This document shows, one piece after another, positions 35,515 to 44,902 of a stretch of DNA of 64,000 bases. The position numbers were made by a program, and so were the translations under genes. The stretch is from the IMG/VR virus record IMGVR_UViG_3300025735_000009, positions 13,615 to 77,614 of that record; one strand, 5' to 3'. The notes under the pieces are model-generated. The model did not search any database and was not told the DNA's origin. It saw nothing but the letters and a program-made list of their open reading frames with translations. Source of the stretch: a virus. Its lineage: Duplodnaviria > Caudoviricetes. Positions within the stretch are counted from its first letter, which is position 1. Each line of letters begins with the position of its first letter.

Positions 35515-37194
35515 TTACGATGCGATCACGTTTTTGACGGTCAGCAGGGCGCAGCCCATAGCCGACGGCTTGTGCGGGTTGACCTCGGTGAGATCGCGAC
35601 GGAACAGTGCGGCGCCCGACTTGAGGTCGGTACCCACGGCGATCGGGATGAGGGTTTGCGGTACCGCGTCCGAGAAGACGATCGGGTTACGTGCCACCTG
35701 GGCGGAACGGCCGACACACAGGATCTCGATATCGGTGTCGGTTTCCTCGACGACGTAGGGGTCGTAGAACACGTCGTACTTGCCCTTGTACTTACCGACA
35801 CGCCAGATACCGGCCTTCGCAGCCACGCCCGACGTCACGAAGTCGGTGGAATCCATGGACAGGAACTGCGACATGCCGATCGCGCCGACAAACCAGATGT
35901 TCAGGCCGAATTCCATGGTCTGGTTGGCGACTTCCTGGTCGACCGCAGCCGCGAACGAACCGAAGTCGCGCCATACCGCTGCACGGGTCTTGTTGATCAG
36001 CTGGCCACCGGCGTCGAAGTCGTACACACGGTTGGTGCGCTTGGCGACACGCTTGAGCTTGCGCAGGGCGGCGATGTAACGCTCGTTCGCGGCCTGGGTG
36101 CGCGCAGCCTGCACAGCGATGGTCAGGCCATCGGCGCCCAGTTCCGACTGGGTCGAAGAGCGGGAGTCGGGGGTGATCTGCATCAACACGCGGCTTGGGG
36201 CGCAGTACAGGCTCCAGCTTTGGGCTTTGGTGTTGATGTGCGGGGTCAGGTCCGGCTTGCGCTCGAAGTCGACGAACGCCTGCACTTCTGGGTAGGCGCT
36301 GGCCGGCAGTGCCGGGGTGAAGCCCAGGCTGCCCACACCGGTATCGACGTTGATGCTGCCGCTGATGGCATACGAAACGCCGGCATCGCTGACGTACTGA
36401 CCAGCCAGCTGGTTGGTGCTGGTGGCGTTATCGACCTCCACAGCGCACGGCAGGCCGTCGATGAACACACGGGTACGGCTGCGCAGGATCGGCACTGCAG
36501 CACCTTGACCACCGATACGCGCGGTTACCTTGAAGGTACCGGTCAGGCGGTCGTCGGCCATGGCGACGTCCAGGATACGTTCGGAACGGGTGTAAGGCTG
36601 GCCGCCGCCGGTACCGTCCAGGATCATGCCCTGCGAGTAGCCGCCGAAGTCCGAGCCGGTGATCGCGCTGATGATGGCCAGCTTCGATTCGTTCGAGTTC
36701 AGGTCGGAAGGCAGGTAGGCGCCGAACGGGATGCCCTCGGACAGGCCGCCGGTGATCGCTACCGCGATACGGTTAGGCTGGTGGGAAAGCGGGGTCGACT
36801 GGTTGTTGCTGCTGATGCTGTCCAGGGTCACGCCATCGGGCAGTACCTTGGTGCTGGAGCCATCGGCGATGTTTTCGGCCTGCGAGATCACAGCATCGAT
36901 CAGGGCGGCGTCAGGCATGTGGCCGTTGCGGTGCTGGTAGCGGGCGATACCGTCCAGCAGGCTGTGCACGGCCATGCCGCGGTTCTCATCACCGTCGATA
37001 CGGTCGAGCAGGCGCGCCATACGCTCAGGCAGCAGCTGGGTAGCGTTGGCTACGGATTCCTTGATGACGCTGATGGCTGCACCGCTGGTGCTGTCGAGCA
37101 TGTTCCCGTCTTCACGGGCCGCACCCACCAGGGCGTCAACCTTCGACTCGGTGTCTTCGAGACCTCGGCCGGGCGCGTAAATGTGTCGTGGCAT
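35515..37194 (-). CDS. Major capsid protein (P1 gp23-like)
   Basis: 559 aa; GAGG RBS; own late promoter; upstream of the sheath as in P1; HK97-like C-terminal pattern. Confidence 0.8.
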   Translation of the reverse strand: MPRHIYAPGRGLEDTESKVDALVGAAREDGNMLDSTSGAAISVIKESVANATQLLPERMARLLDRIDGDENRGMAVHSLLDGIARYQHRNGHMPDAALIDAVISQAENIADGSSTKVLPDGVTLDSISSNNQSTPLSHQPNRIAVAITGGLSEGIPFGAYLPSDLNSNESKLAIISAITGSDFGGYSQGMILDGTGGGQPYTRSERILDVAMADDRLTGTFKVTARIGGQGAAVPILRSRTRVFIDGLPCAVEVDNATSTNQLAGQYVSDAGVSYAISGSINVDTGVGSLGFTPALPASAYPEVQAFVDFERKPDLTPHINTKAQSWSLYCAPSRVLMQITPDSRSSTQSELGADGLTIAVQAARTQAANERYIAALRKLKRVAKRTNRVYDFDAGGQLINKTRAAVWRDFGSFAAAVDQEVANQTMEFGLNIWFVGAIGMSQFLSMDSTDFVTSGVAAKAGIWRVGKYKGKYDVFYDPYVVEETDTDIEILCVGRSAQVARNPIVFSDAVPQTLIPIAVGTDLKSGAALFRRDLTEVNPHKPSAMGCALLTVKNVIAS

Positions 37195-37253
37195 TTGTGT
37201 TACCTCGTTGCTGAAAATGGGCGGCGCCCCGTAGTGGTGGCGTTTCAGCAGCG

Positions 37254-37294
37254 ATGGTAAGTGTCAAAAAACCCCCGATTTCCCGGGGGTTTGC
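37254..37294 (-). promoter_or_regulatory. Late promoter 4 (CGCAAACC-N27-TACCAT), overlapping a terminator-like hairpin
   Basis: Box 37287-37294, -10 37254-37259. Confidence 0.7.
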
Positions 37295-37304
37295 GCCGTT
37301 TTTG

Positions 37305-40300
37305 CTATTTGCGGATGACGATCAACCGGGCATTTGCACCGGTTTGCGCCAAAAGCGCGTTGTCCTTGAAAGTGCCGGCCTCCAGCGGCTCCACTTCGGC
37401 GTTGTGTGCATCCAACCAATCCCGGAAAGCCACGGCTTTCTGGTCCTTTCCGAAGAAAACGCCCTCCCCGGCGATCGCTACCAGGGTGCCGCCGCCGGCG
37501 AGCATGCCGAAGGCCTGCATGATGTGGGCGGCGTCCTGGCGGTTGCTGAATGGCGGGTTCATCAGGATCGCGCCATAGGGCTGCTCAGGCTTGAAGCCAG
37601 TGAAATCGTGGTCAACCACGTTGTAGCCCTTGGCGGCCAGGACTTCGCGCAGGCGGTCAGCGATCTCGATCACGTCCACCACACCACCCTCAGCCTTGGC
37701 CGCGTCCGCCAGGTTGCCGTTGCCGGCACTTGGCTCGAGCACGCGCATGCCTTCGCGGATGTGCGCCAGCTTGGCCATGCGCTGGGCGACGTGCGCAGGC
37801 GTTGGGAAGTAGTCAATGCCGACCTTCTGCCCTACAAGCGCCCGCTCCAAGGCCTTTACCGGGTCTTCTTTGGCTTTCTCCACCAGGTGGGGAATCAACG
37901 CCTGCACTGCGGCCACCAGGCTGGCGGTGTCGGTAATGCCCATGCGCTCGAGGCGATCAACCCGCGCGATCGACTCCATCGGGTCGGCCAGGTCCCAGTT
38001 ATCCTTCGCAGCCTTGAGCACGGCCGCGCCTTTGCGCGTCAGGGCGATGCTGGTGGCGTCCAGGTTGATGCGCTCAGGGCCGGCGCCCAGCTTGGCCAGG
38101 GCCGCAATCAACCGGCTGTTGCCCTTGGGGGCCTTCTCGGCCATGGTCTTGGCTGCTCGAGCATAACGGTTGCTCCAGGCCCACGGCCGCGGGAACGTCA
38201 AGAACTTGAGGTCGTTGTCTTCAAACTGCCGGCCGCGGCGGGATGACTGCTCACGCGCCCCCAGCGCCGCATCAGCATCGTAGGTGGCCAGGCGCATGAG
38301 ACGTTGCAGCTCTTCCAGCTGGGCCCGGCTCGACAACTTTGCCAGCGCGCCAGCGGCGCCGGCTTCGATCGCGTCTGCCACCCTGTTCAGGGTCTTGGCA
38401 GCGGCCTTGCTCGCCTCGGCGTTGTCGAGGGCGTAGCCGGCTTCCCGGGCCCGCTTGGCGGTGTTGGTCTTACGGCTAGCGCCCAACGCTGCATCAGCCT
38501 TGTCGATGGCGCCATTGGCGACCTGGCGCAGCTTCTCCACCTGGGTGGCCAGGGCCTGCTTTGCGCGCTCTTCGGCCAGGCGCTGGGCGGTGGCCAGGGC
38601 TTCGGCCTGCTGTTCGGCGCTCATCACCACCGGCGCCGGCGCGGCCTCAATGTGCGACGTGTCGCCGCCCAGGTGCTTTTCCCGGATGAAGTAGCCGCCG
38701 TTCATCTTCCAGGTGTATGGGTCGATCGCCTTGGCCTGCTCGAGGCTCAGGTCCGTGCGGATGATGCCGCGCAGTACTTTTTGTTTCTTGGTGACGTACT
38801 CGATGATTTCCGGCCCAGGCGCCGCGGGCGCCTGCTCATTGTGCTCAGGGGTCGCGTCTGGGTTGATGGCCTCCCCGGGCAATAGCCAGCGCTTGCCGCC
38901 GTTGTAGGCTTTGCAGTAGGCCATGACCAGCGCCGCGCCGTTCTCGCCAAGGTAGTGGACCATTGCCACCGCGCGGGTGGCGTCCGGCACCAGGCCGCCG
39001 TCCCCGGATTTGACGAACTCTTTGACCTGCGCGTACAGCGCCTTTGCATCGGGTACGGGCGGTTCCTCGAGCACGCCCGGCTCCACCAGCTGGCGGCCGG
39101 TACCGGCGCTATTGCTGGTCGATCCTTTGGGTAGGGTGGTGGTCGGCAGAATGGTACCGCCCTTGTAGAACTCGCCATTCATGCCCACCGTGCCGCCAGC
39201 GGGTGCACGGCCGGCATCCGCTGCAGGCGGCGGGGTGTCATTGCTGGGGAGGGATGAGGCGGCCCGCTGGGCCCGAACACGCTCGGACAGGTTCGCTTCG
39301 GCATACTCACGCAGGTAGGCCAGGTACTCGTCCCGGTTGTTGCCAACCCGCCCGCCGGCCTTGGCCTCGAACTCGCCTACACGGATACCGGCCCAGCCCA
39401 GGAACGCGCTGTTGCCTTCCTCGAAGGTAGGCAGCTCTTCCAGGGTGTCGAGATAGGCCTGATACACGGGGTTGTCGGCCACGCCGGCGCCGATCGTCTT
39501 CTCAAAGTCCGCGCGCTGCTCGGCCTCACGATTGGCGCGGAGGCGCTCAATCTCTGCAGCCTCGGCCGCGGCCTGCTCGGCGGCCTCCTGGCGCTCACGC
39601 TCCGGCGCTGCAGCGCGGTCGGCCTCAGCTGCTGCGTTGGCCACCTTGCGATCAGCGATCGCCTGCTGCTCTTCCTGGTAGGCCTGCACGTCATCGGGGG
39701 CGGCCTCTTCGCCGAATGCTTCGCGGAACTTATCGGGGCCCCACTCGCGCGCCATCACCCCTTTGAGGTCGGGCAGGTCGCGAGCAACGCCGGAGGATGC
39801 CCCCTGGTAAGCGATCGACGCCCCGCCACCCAATGCCCCATGCTCATAGACGATCGCGCCGCTGGCGAGCTCCTGGGCGCTGGTGGGCACGAAGTTGGCC
39901 AGGCCGGCCTTGGACTTGGGCAGGATGATGCCTTGATCGGTCTGGGTAACCTTGAGGCCGTCAAAGTTGGCAGCGGCATAGACCGCCAGCGCCGCCGGGT
40001 CGCCGGTGACCAGTACAGAGCCATTTTTCTGGGCCTGCACCCCGGTGGCCAGCGCTTGGGGGACGCCGATGGCCGCGGGCTCGTCGCCGTCCAGGAACAG
40101 GTTGAGCACCAGCTGCGCGCCCGTGTCATCGAGCATGACACCCTCGGCGCCATGGCTTACACTGTGGGGGAGCCAGTGTGCGCATTGGTTCGCCGAGGCG
40201 GTGTCTGCTTCGACCGTATGCCCTGAATAGTGATCAGGGGCACATGCGGCCGAATCCAGCATCGCCTTTTCTTTGGGTGCTGTGATTAGCAGGTCGTAAT

Positions 40301-40868
40301 ACAGATGCCCTTTGTCATCCTGCTCGACCACTACGCGCACCGCGATCTGCTCATCGGCCAGCGTTACTTTGCTCTGCAGGTAGTAATACGCAAGGGCTGC
40401 ACCTTTCTTGTCCGCCTTGTGGTTCTCGCTGCGCTGCACCACCGTCGCCGCCTTGATGATCTGCGGGATGGCATGCAGCAATTTCAGCTTTTTCGGGTTA
40501 CCGCTGAATGCCAGGCTTTCCTTGATGCCGCGCTGGCGGATCTCGACCTGGCCGCCCAATGCTGGGCAGTCGACCATTTGCCCGCGCAGCCCCTCTAGAT
40601 GGGCTTTTACCGCGGCGCGCAGCTCCTTTTTGCCCTCGGGCGTGTCGGGGAACTCCCCCAGTTCGGTACCGGTAAGGGTCACCACCGGCGCCGGCGCGGC
40701 CTGGGCACCCAGCAAAGCGCGCAACTCCAGGGCCCGGGCGCTGGCCTTGACCTGATCCAGGGGCGAAAGCGCCCCGCCAGTGAGTTGCGCCCGCACTTCC
40801 AGCAGCTCAGCACTCAGGCGCGCCTGCGCCAGCGCCGCCAGCCCGGCCGATTGATTCAGGTCAGTCAT
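37305..40868 (-). CDS. Large polyvalent protein: LPD3-like N-domain plus C-terminal N6-adenine DNA methyltransferase (DarB-like, no helicase)
   Basis: MTase motifs YFPTP, VLEPSAGNG, ILMNPPF; N-terminal VVTLTGTELG...V.I..RGIK..L...KLKLL..IP.II...YYDL LPD3 pattern. Confidence 0.8.
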   Translation of the reverse strand: MTDLNQSAGLAALAQARLSAELLEVRAQLTGGALSPLDQVKASARALELRALLGAQAAPAPVVTLTGTELGEFPDTPEGKKELRAAVKAHLEGLRGQMVDCPALGGQVEIRQRGIKESLAFSGNPKKLKLLHAIPQIIKAATVVQRSENHKADKKGAALAYYYLQSKVTLADEQIAVRVVVEQDDKGHLYYDLLITAPKEKAMLDSAACAPDHYSGHTVEADTASANQCAHWLPHSVSHGAEGVMLDDTGAQLVLNLFLDGDEPAAIGVPQALATGVQAQKNGSVLVTGDPAALAVYAAANFDGLKVTQTDQGIILPKSKAGLANFVPTSAQELASGAIVYEHGALGGGASIAYQGASSGVARDLPDLKGVMAREWGPDKFREAFGEEAAPDDVQAYQEEQQAIADRKVANAAAEADRAAAPERERQEAAEQAAAEAAEIERLRANREAEQRADFEKTIGAGVADNPVYQAYLDTLEELPTFEEGNSAFLGWAGIRVGEFEAKAGGRVGNNRDEYLAYLREYAEANLSERVRAQRAASSLPSNDTPPPAADAGRAPAGGTVGMNGEFYKGGTILPTTTLPKGSTSNSAGTGRQLVEPGVLEEPPVPDAKALYAQVKEFVKSGDGGLVPDATRAVAMVHYLGENGAALVMAYCKAYNGGKRWLLPGEAINPDATPEHNEQAPAAPGPEIIEYVTKKQKVLRGIIRTDLSLEQAKAIDPYTWKMNGGYFIREKHLGGDTSHIEAAPAPVVMSAEQQAEALATAQRLAEERAKQALATQVEKLRQVANGAIDKADAALGASRKTNTAKRAREAGYALDNAEASKAAAKTLNRVADAIEAGAAGALAKLSSRAQLEELQRLMRLATYDADAALGAREQSSRRGRQFEDNDLKFLTFPRPWAWSNRYARAAKTMAEKAPKGNSRLIAALAKLGAGPERINLDATSIALTRKGAAVLKAAKDNWDLADPMESIARVDRLERMGITDTASLVAAVQALIPHLVEKAKEDPVKALERALVGQKVGIDYFPTPAHVAQRMAKLAHIREGMRVLEPSAGNGNLADAAKAEGGVVDVIEIADRLREVLAAKGYNVVDHDFTGFKPEQPYGAILMNPPFSNRQDAAHIMQAFGMLAGGGTLVAIAGEGVFFGKDQKAVAFRDWLDAHNAEVEPLEAGTFKDNALLAQTGANARLIVIRK

Positions 40869-43176
40869 GTGTCACCCCAAAAATGGAATCCAGCAAAGCG
40901 GTATTGGCCATGGCCTTCTCAAAGGCTTTTTCATCGCGCAGCGCCTTAAACACCTGGTCAAAGGCGGCATTGATGCGGGTACGTTCTTCGCCCTCGGGAT
41001 AGGGCTTGAAGGGAGCGCCCAGCTCGGGCTGGTAGTGGTATTTGTTGTCGGCCAGGCAGCTCAGGTAATCGTTTTTGCGGCCTTGCTCGGCCAGGCGGTC
41101 TTCCAGGTAGGCCTGGAATGCGCGGGCGGACATTTCAAAGGGCTCCGACCAGTACTTGCCCGTCACACCGTCATCGAGCTTTTGCGCCTCGAGGTAGTAG
41201 TTCGAGACGCTGGCGCCGGATTTGACCTGCACCTCGGTAGCGCCCTCTGGGGAGTAGTACGCCGCGGCGATCTCGCGCCATTGCTTCTTTTGCTTGAGGT
41301 AGGGCTTTGTCTGCAGGTTCCTGAATGCGTGGTCAACCGCCAGCACCGCGTCGTGCACGTTGCCGGCATTCTTGATATCCAGGGCTACGCCGCGCAGGGT
41401 TCGGCCGTCCAGGTTGAACTGGGCTTTCTCCAGGGCCCGGGGTGGCAACTTGATGGTTTCCACCAGGCGCACGCCGCCGGTGGTCAGGGTGTCCTTGAGC
41501 GCTTTGAAGGCATCCCGGATTGGGCCCTCTGGCATGTGCTCGTGGTTGGCGCTGGCGAACTCGTCCCGGGCGCCATCCTCGCCACGCAGCACGCTGGGCA
41601 GGATGTTATCCAGGGCGTGCCAGTGCTCATGCCCCAGCGCCCCGCCGCCGTTCATCTTGGTCATGTTGATCACGCGCTCAATGGGCTCGTAGTGCGCCAT
41701 TGCCGCGCCCTTACCGCCCGCCCCACGGGCGCCGAACGACATGGCCAGGCGGCCGCCGAAGCTGAGGTGGTTCTCGTCGATGCCCAGCACGTCGGACATA
41801 TCCTGCATGGCGCCCGCGGTCTGCTCTACGTGCCACTTGGCGCTGACGAAGTCGCCCAGCACCCAGTTGCCGGACTGCACCGCCCGGAAGCCACACAGGC
41901 GCTCGAGGTCCTTTGTCGAGGCGACGGTTACGGGGCGCCCGCCCACGCGCTCAAAGTTCTCCACCACCTTGAGGGTGAATGTGATCTTCTTCTTGCTGGC
42001 GCGCTTGGGGGCGGCCTTTTCCTTGGTGGTCCAGTCCCAGGTTTTGGGCTCCCCGGCCTTGGCGTTGGCTACATGGCCGGCAAAGCTGTCAGAACCGCGC
42101 ATCTTGCGGTACATGGTCGCTTTGACGAAGCGATCGCCCAGCGCGGTCCACGCTCGCGATTCAGAGGTCTGCAGGTTGCGCGCCTTGGCCGCATCCTTGA
42201 TGGCTGTCTGCTCCTGGTATACGTCGCCGTATTGCTCGCGCAGGCTGGCCAACTCATCCTTGGTGGCCGCCAGCTCGGCGCCCCAGGCCTTGTTTGCCGC
42301 CTCATAGGCTGCGGTGGCGTCGGTGACGGCCTGATTGTGGGCGGGCTCGATCTTCCAGCCACGCTTCACACGGTTATCCAGGGCGTACCGGGCCTTTTCC
42401 CGCGCGCTGCTGGCGGCATACATAGCGTTCTGCAGCTCGGTGTTGTTGTCCTCGATCGCGCGTCGGCGCGCAGACAGGTCGCGGCCCAAGGCAGTGAGCT
42501 CGCTGTATCGGGCCGACTCATCAGCATTCAGGCGGGTACCGAGCATTTCCTCGGAAATCTCGGCCATCAGGCTGGCCACGTCGTCGGCGGTCTTGGCCTG
42601 CTCCATACGGGTGCGCAGCGTTTCGACACCCAAGGCATAGTCCTGGCGCGCTTGCGGACTGTCCTCGCTCGGCATAACGCCCACAGCGGCATACAGGCGG
42701 TCCAGCAGGTAGCCGGCTTGCGGGGTCATGCCGCCGGCCTGCAGGCCCTCCCAATCCACCTGGCCGAACAAGTTCGATTTCTTGATCAGCTCGCGCGCCT
42801 GGCGGGGGTTTTCCTCGATCGCTTTAAAGTCGATATCGCTGACGCGCAGCATCTGGCCAGATTCGCGTGCGGTCTTGAACGATGCGGCGGCCAGCTCCTT
42901 TCGGGAGCCGGAGATATAGCCGGTGTCCTTGTAGCGGTAGTTCTCGCTATTGGGGTCATCGCTCAGGCCGTCGTCATCGGCCGCCAGGCGGGCCTGCTCG
43001 GCGTCGATGGAGGCCGGCGCCGCGCGTACCACGCCGCCCAGCTGGGTATAGAGCGCCAGCGCCTCAGTGGTGACGCGGGCTTGTTGGATGGGGTTCAACG
43101 TGCCGGATTGCAGTTGCCCACGCAGCTCTAACAGCTTGGTGGTCAATCGGGCTTGTTCGAGGGGGTTTAGAGCCAT
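40861..43176 (-). CDS. Large polyvalent protein: HExxH metallopeptidase-like domain plus LPD1-like domain
   Basis: GGGALGHEHWHALD; YW..P.EMSARAFQAYLEDRL...YL...PYP.GEER.RIN.AFD. Confidence 0.75.
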   Translation of the reverse strand: MALNPLEQARLTTKLLELRGQLQSGTLNPIQQARVTTEALALYTQLGGVVRAAPASIDAEQARLAADDDGLSDDPNSENYRYKDTGYISGSRKELAAASFKTARESGQMLRVSDIDFKAIEENPRQARELIKKSNLFGQVDWEGLQAGGMTPQAGYLLDRLYAAVGVMPSEDSPQARQDYALGVETLRTRMEQAKTADDVASLMAEISEEMLGTRLNADESARYSELTALGRDLSARRRAIEDNNTELQNAMYAASSAREKARYALDNRVKRGWKIEPAHNQAVTDATAAYEAANKAWGAELAATKDELASLREQYGDVYQEQTAIKDAAKARNLQTSESRAWTALGDRFVKATMYRKMRGSDSFAGHVANAKAGEPKTWDWTTKEKAAPKRASKKKITFTLKVVENFERVGGRPVTVASTKDLERLCGFRAVQSGNWVLGDFVSAKWHVEQTAGAMQDMSDVLGIDENHLSFGGRLAMSFGARGAGGKGAAMAHYEPIERVINMTKMNGGGALGHEHWHALDNILPSVLRGEDGARDEFASANHEHMPEGPIRDAFKALKDTLTTGGVRLVETIKLPPRALEKAQFNLDGRTLRGVALDIKNAGNVHDAVLAVDHAFRNLQTKPYLKQKKQWREIAAAYYSPEGATEVQVKSGASVSNYYLEAQKLDDGVTGKYWSEPFEMSARAFQAYLEDRLAEQGRKNDYLSCLADNKYHYQPELGAPFKPYPEGEERTRINAAFDQVFKALRDEKAFEKAMANTALLDSIFGVTHD

Positions 43177-43230
43177 GAAAAAGGGCCTGCAATAGTGTGC
43201 AAGCCCTCATTTTGAAGCGGTGGCGGAGGC

Positions 43231-43614
43231 CTATTTGGCGGCGCTTTCCACGGCTGGCGCTGGGGTGAAATCGTCCACGCGATCGGCCAGCACGTTGGCC
43301 AGCAGACTCATTGCGCCCAGCTGAATTTCCAGCTGCTGCTGCACCAGGGTGCTCAGGCCGCGGTAGAAATCAGTTTGGCGGAAGGCGGTTAGCTTGATCA
43401 CGCGGTCATCGTTCACGGCCTTCTCAGCCACTACGCGGCGCTCATGCGGCGCCAGGTGACCGGTATGGCCCATAGGGACGTGATCGGCTTCAAAGGCCTT
43501 TTTCGCCTTCCAGGTAACGACGCCCTCGGCGTCCTTGACCTTGTAGCCGGCCTGGCCGTCTTGCTCGGCGGGCCAGGCGGTGACGATCTGGGTGCTTGCG
43601 TACTCTTGAGTCAT
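43231..43614 (-). CDS. Small two-module phage protein
   Basis: Y.ST.IV.A.P...GY.V...G...W..K..FE module plus PH..RVV.EK...D.R..KL.AF...L..Q..AM.....L..R helical module. Confidence 0.65.
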   Translation of the reverse strand: MTQEYASTQIVTAWPAEQDGQAGYKVKDAEGVVTWKAKKAFEADHVPMGHTGHLAPHERRVVAEKAVNDDRVIKLTAFRQTDFYRGLSTLVQQQLEIQLGAMSLLANVLADRVDDFTPAPAVESAAK

Positions 43615-43649
43615 TGCATTGATTCCAGGTAAGGGGCTGTGAGGCGGTC

Positions 43650-43691
43650 AGTATCAGGCGCTGGCGGCGGGCTCTTCGGCCGGGGTTTGCG
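43650..43691 (-). promoter_or_regulatory. Late promoter 5 (CGCAAACC-N28-GATACT)
   Basis: Box 43684-43691, -10 43650-43655; upstream of the 43614-43176-40868 operon. Confidence 0.7.
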
Positions 43692-44322
43692 GCGCGTGGC
43701 GCACGAACAGATAGCTGCGCATGAACTGCTCGAGGGTCAGCAGCTCGGTCTGGTTGGCATTCACCCGCTCGATCTCGATATCAACGCCCTGCAGGGTGTC
43801 CAGGTTGTGCACGTCCATCGACTTGAGGAACCACTCGCGCCGCTTGTGCGGGAGCTCAAAGCGCTCGGTGAAAATGTCGCCCTTCTTCCAGTTGATGGGC
43901 TTGGCCATATCCAGCTTGGCGGCCTTCAATGGTTGCGCCGGTACCGGTGCCGGCGCCGGCTCAGGAATTGGGCCCGGGTCAGGCTCGTTAGCCAGCAGGG
44001 GCTGCGAATCCTCGAGCAGGGGCACCGGGTCATTCATCAGTGGCGCCAGCTCGGGGCTGGCCAGGAGTTCGGCGAATGATTGGATAGACACACGCTCGGC
44101 CGCGGGGAGCGCGTCGAAGTACTCCTGCTGACCTTGCGGCGCCACCTCTACGCAGTCGATGCCGATCGGCACCAGCGCGTCACGCAGATGCGCCAGCAGC
44201 CGGGGGCGAGCATCACCGACCACCACCAGTACCTTGCGAGCTTGCGCCGCGTGCTGCTCCAGTCGGGTCAGCTCCTGCACCGCTGCCGCTACGCCCATGC
44301 TTTCCACCTGATTACTGCTCAT
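43654..44322 (-). CDS. Hypothetical protein (solo transcription unit)
   Basis: 222 aa with a Pro-rich linker; preceded by motif B cluster 6. Confidence 0.65.
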   Translation of the reverse strand: MSSNQVESMGVAAAVQELTRLEQHAAQARKVLVVVGDARPRLLAHLRDALVPIGIDCVEVAPQGQQEYFDALPAAERVSIQSFAELLASPELAPLMNDPVPLLEDSQPLLANEPDPGPIPEPAPAPVPAQPLKAAKLDMAKPINWKKGDIFTERFELPHKRREWFLKSMDVHNLDTLQGVDIEIERVNANQTELLTLEQFMRSYLFVRHAPQTPAEEPAASA

Positions 44323-44354
44323 AACCCGCTTCCTGAAAATTGGTTTGAAACTCG

Positions 44355-44433
44355 ATTATTACGCGCGTTGGAGGGTACGCGCGTTGGCACCTTTGCGCGT
44401 TCGCGCCACAAAAAAGCCCGCGATCGGCGGGCT
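44355..44433 (-). promoter_or_regulatory. Terminator (44407-44433) plus motif B cluster 6 plus -10-like AATAAT
   Basis: ACGCGCGTTG at 44361 and 44377, GCGCGTTCGCGC at 44395-44406. Confidence 0.65.
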
Positions 44434-44455
44434 CCTTTTGGCGTGGGTTGCCGCG

Positions 44456-44893
44456 CTACGCCGCTTTCTTGATGCGGCGTGAAACGGTGCCGTCCTTGTT
44501 CAGGGTGGCCTGGTAAGCCTCGACCGCGGCGGTGATTGCCAGCAGCTCAGCGCCATCGAATGCCATTTCCACACGGGAGGTGGTCACCAGGTTGCTGACG
44601 ATCTCTTTCTCATGCCGGCGGCTGTAGCCGTACACGCGGATGCGGTGGCCATCCGCCTCGAGCTTGGTGATGGCGCTGGCCGTTTTCTTGTAGCCGTCGT
44701 TGAACCACATCATGTCGCCGACCTTGAGCTCAATAGCGGGACGGGTCAGCAGCTCGATCATGTGGGCGCGGGCAGCGGAGCCGCGGCGGGTGATCTTCAC
44801 ACCAGTGTGCTTGCACGCGTAGCAACGGGCTGCCTTGCCCTTGCAGTACGCGCACGGCTTCGTTTCAAACTCAGGGGTATACGGGTTTTTCAT
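44456..44893 (-). CDS. Zinc-finger (CxxCxG..CxxC) hypothetical protein, solo transcription unit
   Basis: ATG 44893 (MKNPYTPEF); own promoter and terminators. Confidence 0.65.
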   Translation of the reverse strand: MKNPYTPEFETKPCAYCKGKAARCYACKHTGVKITRRGSAARAHMIELLTRPAIELKVGDMMWFNDGYKKTASAITKLEADGHRIRVYGYSRRHEKEIVSNLVTTSRVEMAFDGAELLAITAAVEAYQATLNKDGTVSRRIKKAA

Positions 44894-44902
44894 CTGTACA
44901 GT

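Noticed and set aside
30404-37338. Extra GGTTTGCG copies near 30404, 33154, 35653 and 37331
   Set aside because: All are intragenic. The two checked (30404, 37331) lack an nAnnnT hexamer at the 28-bp spacing; the other two were not checked. About one chance hit per strand is expected at this GC, so they were not counted as late promoters.
43192-43236. Separate late promoter directly upstream of the LPD1 gene (CACTAT -10-like)
   Set aside because: No CGCAAACC box at the expected distance; the gene is adequately covered by promoter 5 upstream of 43614.
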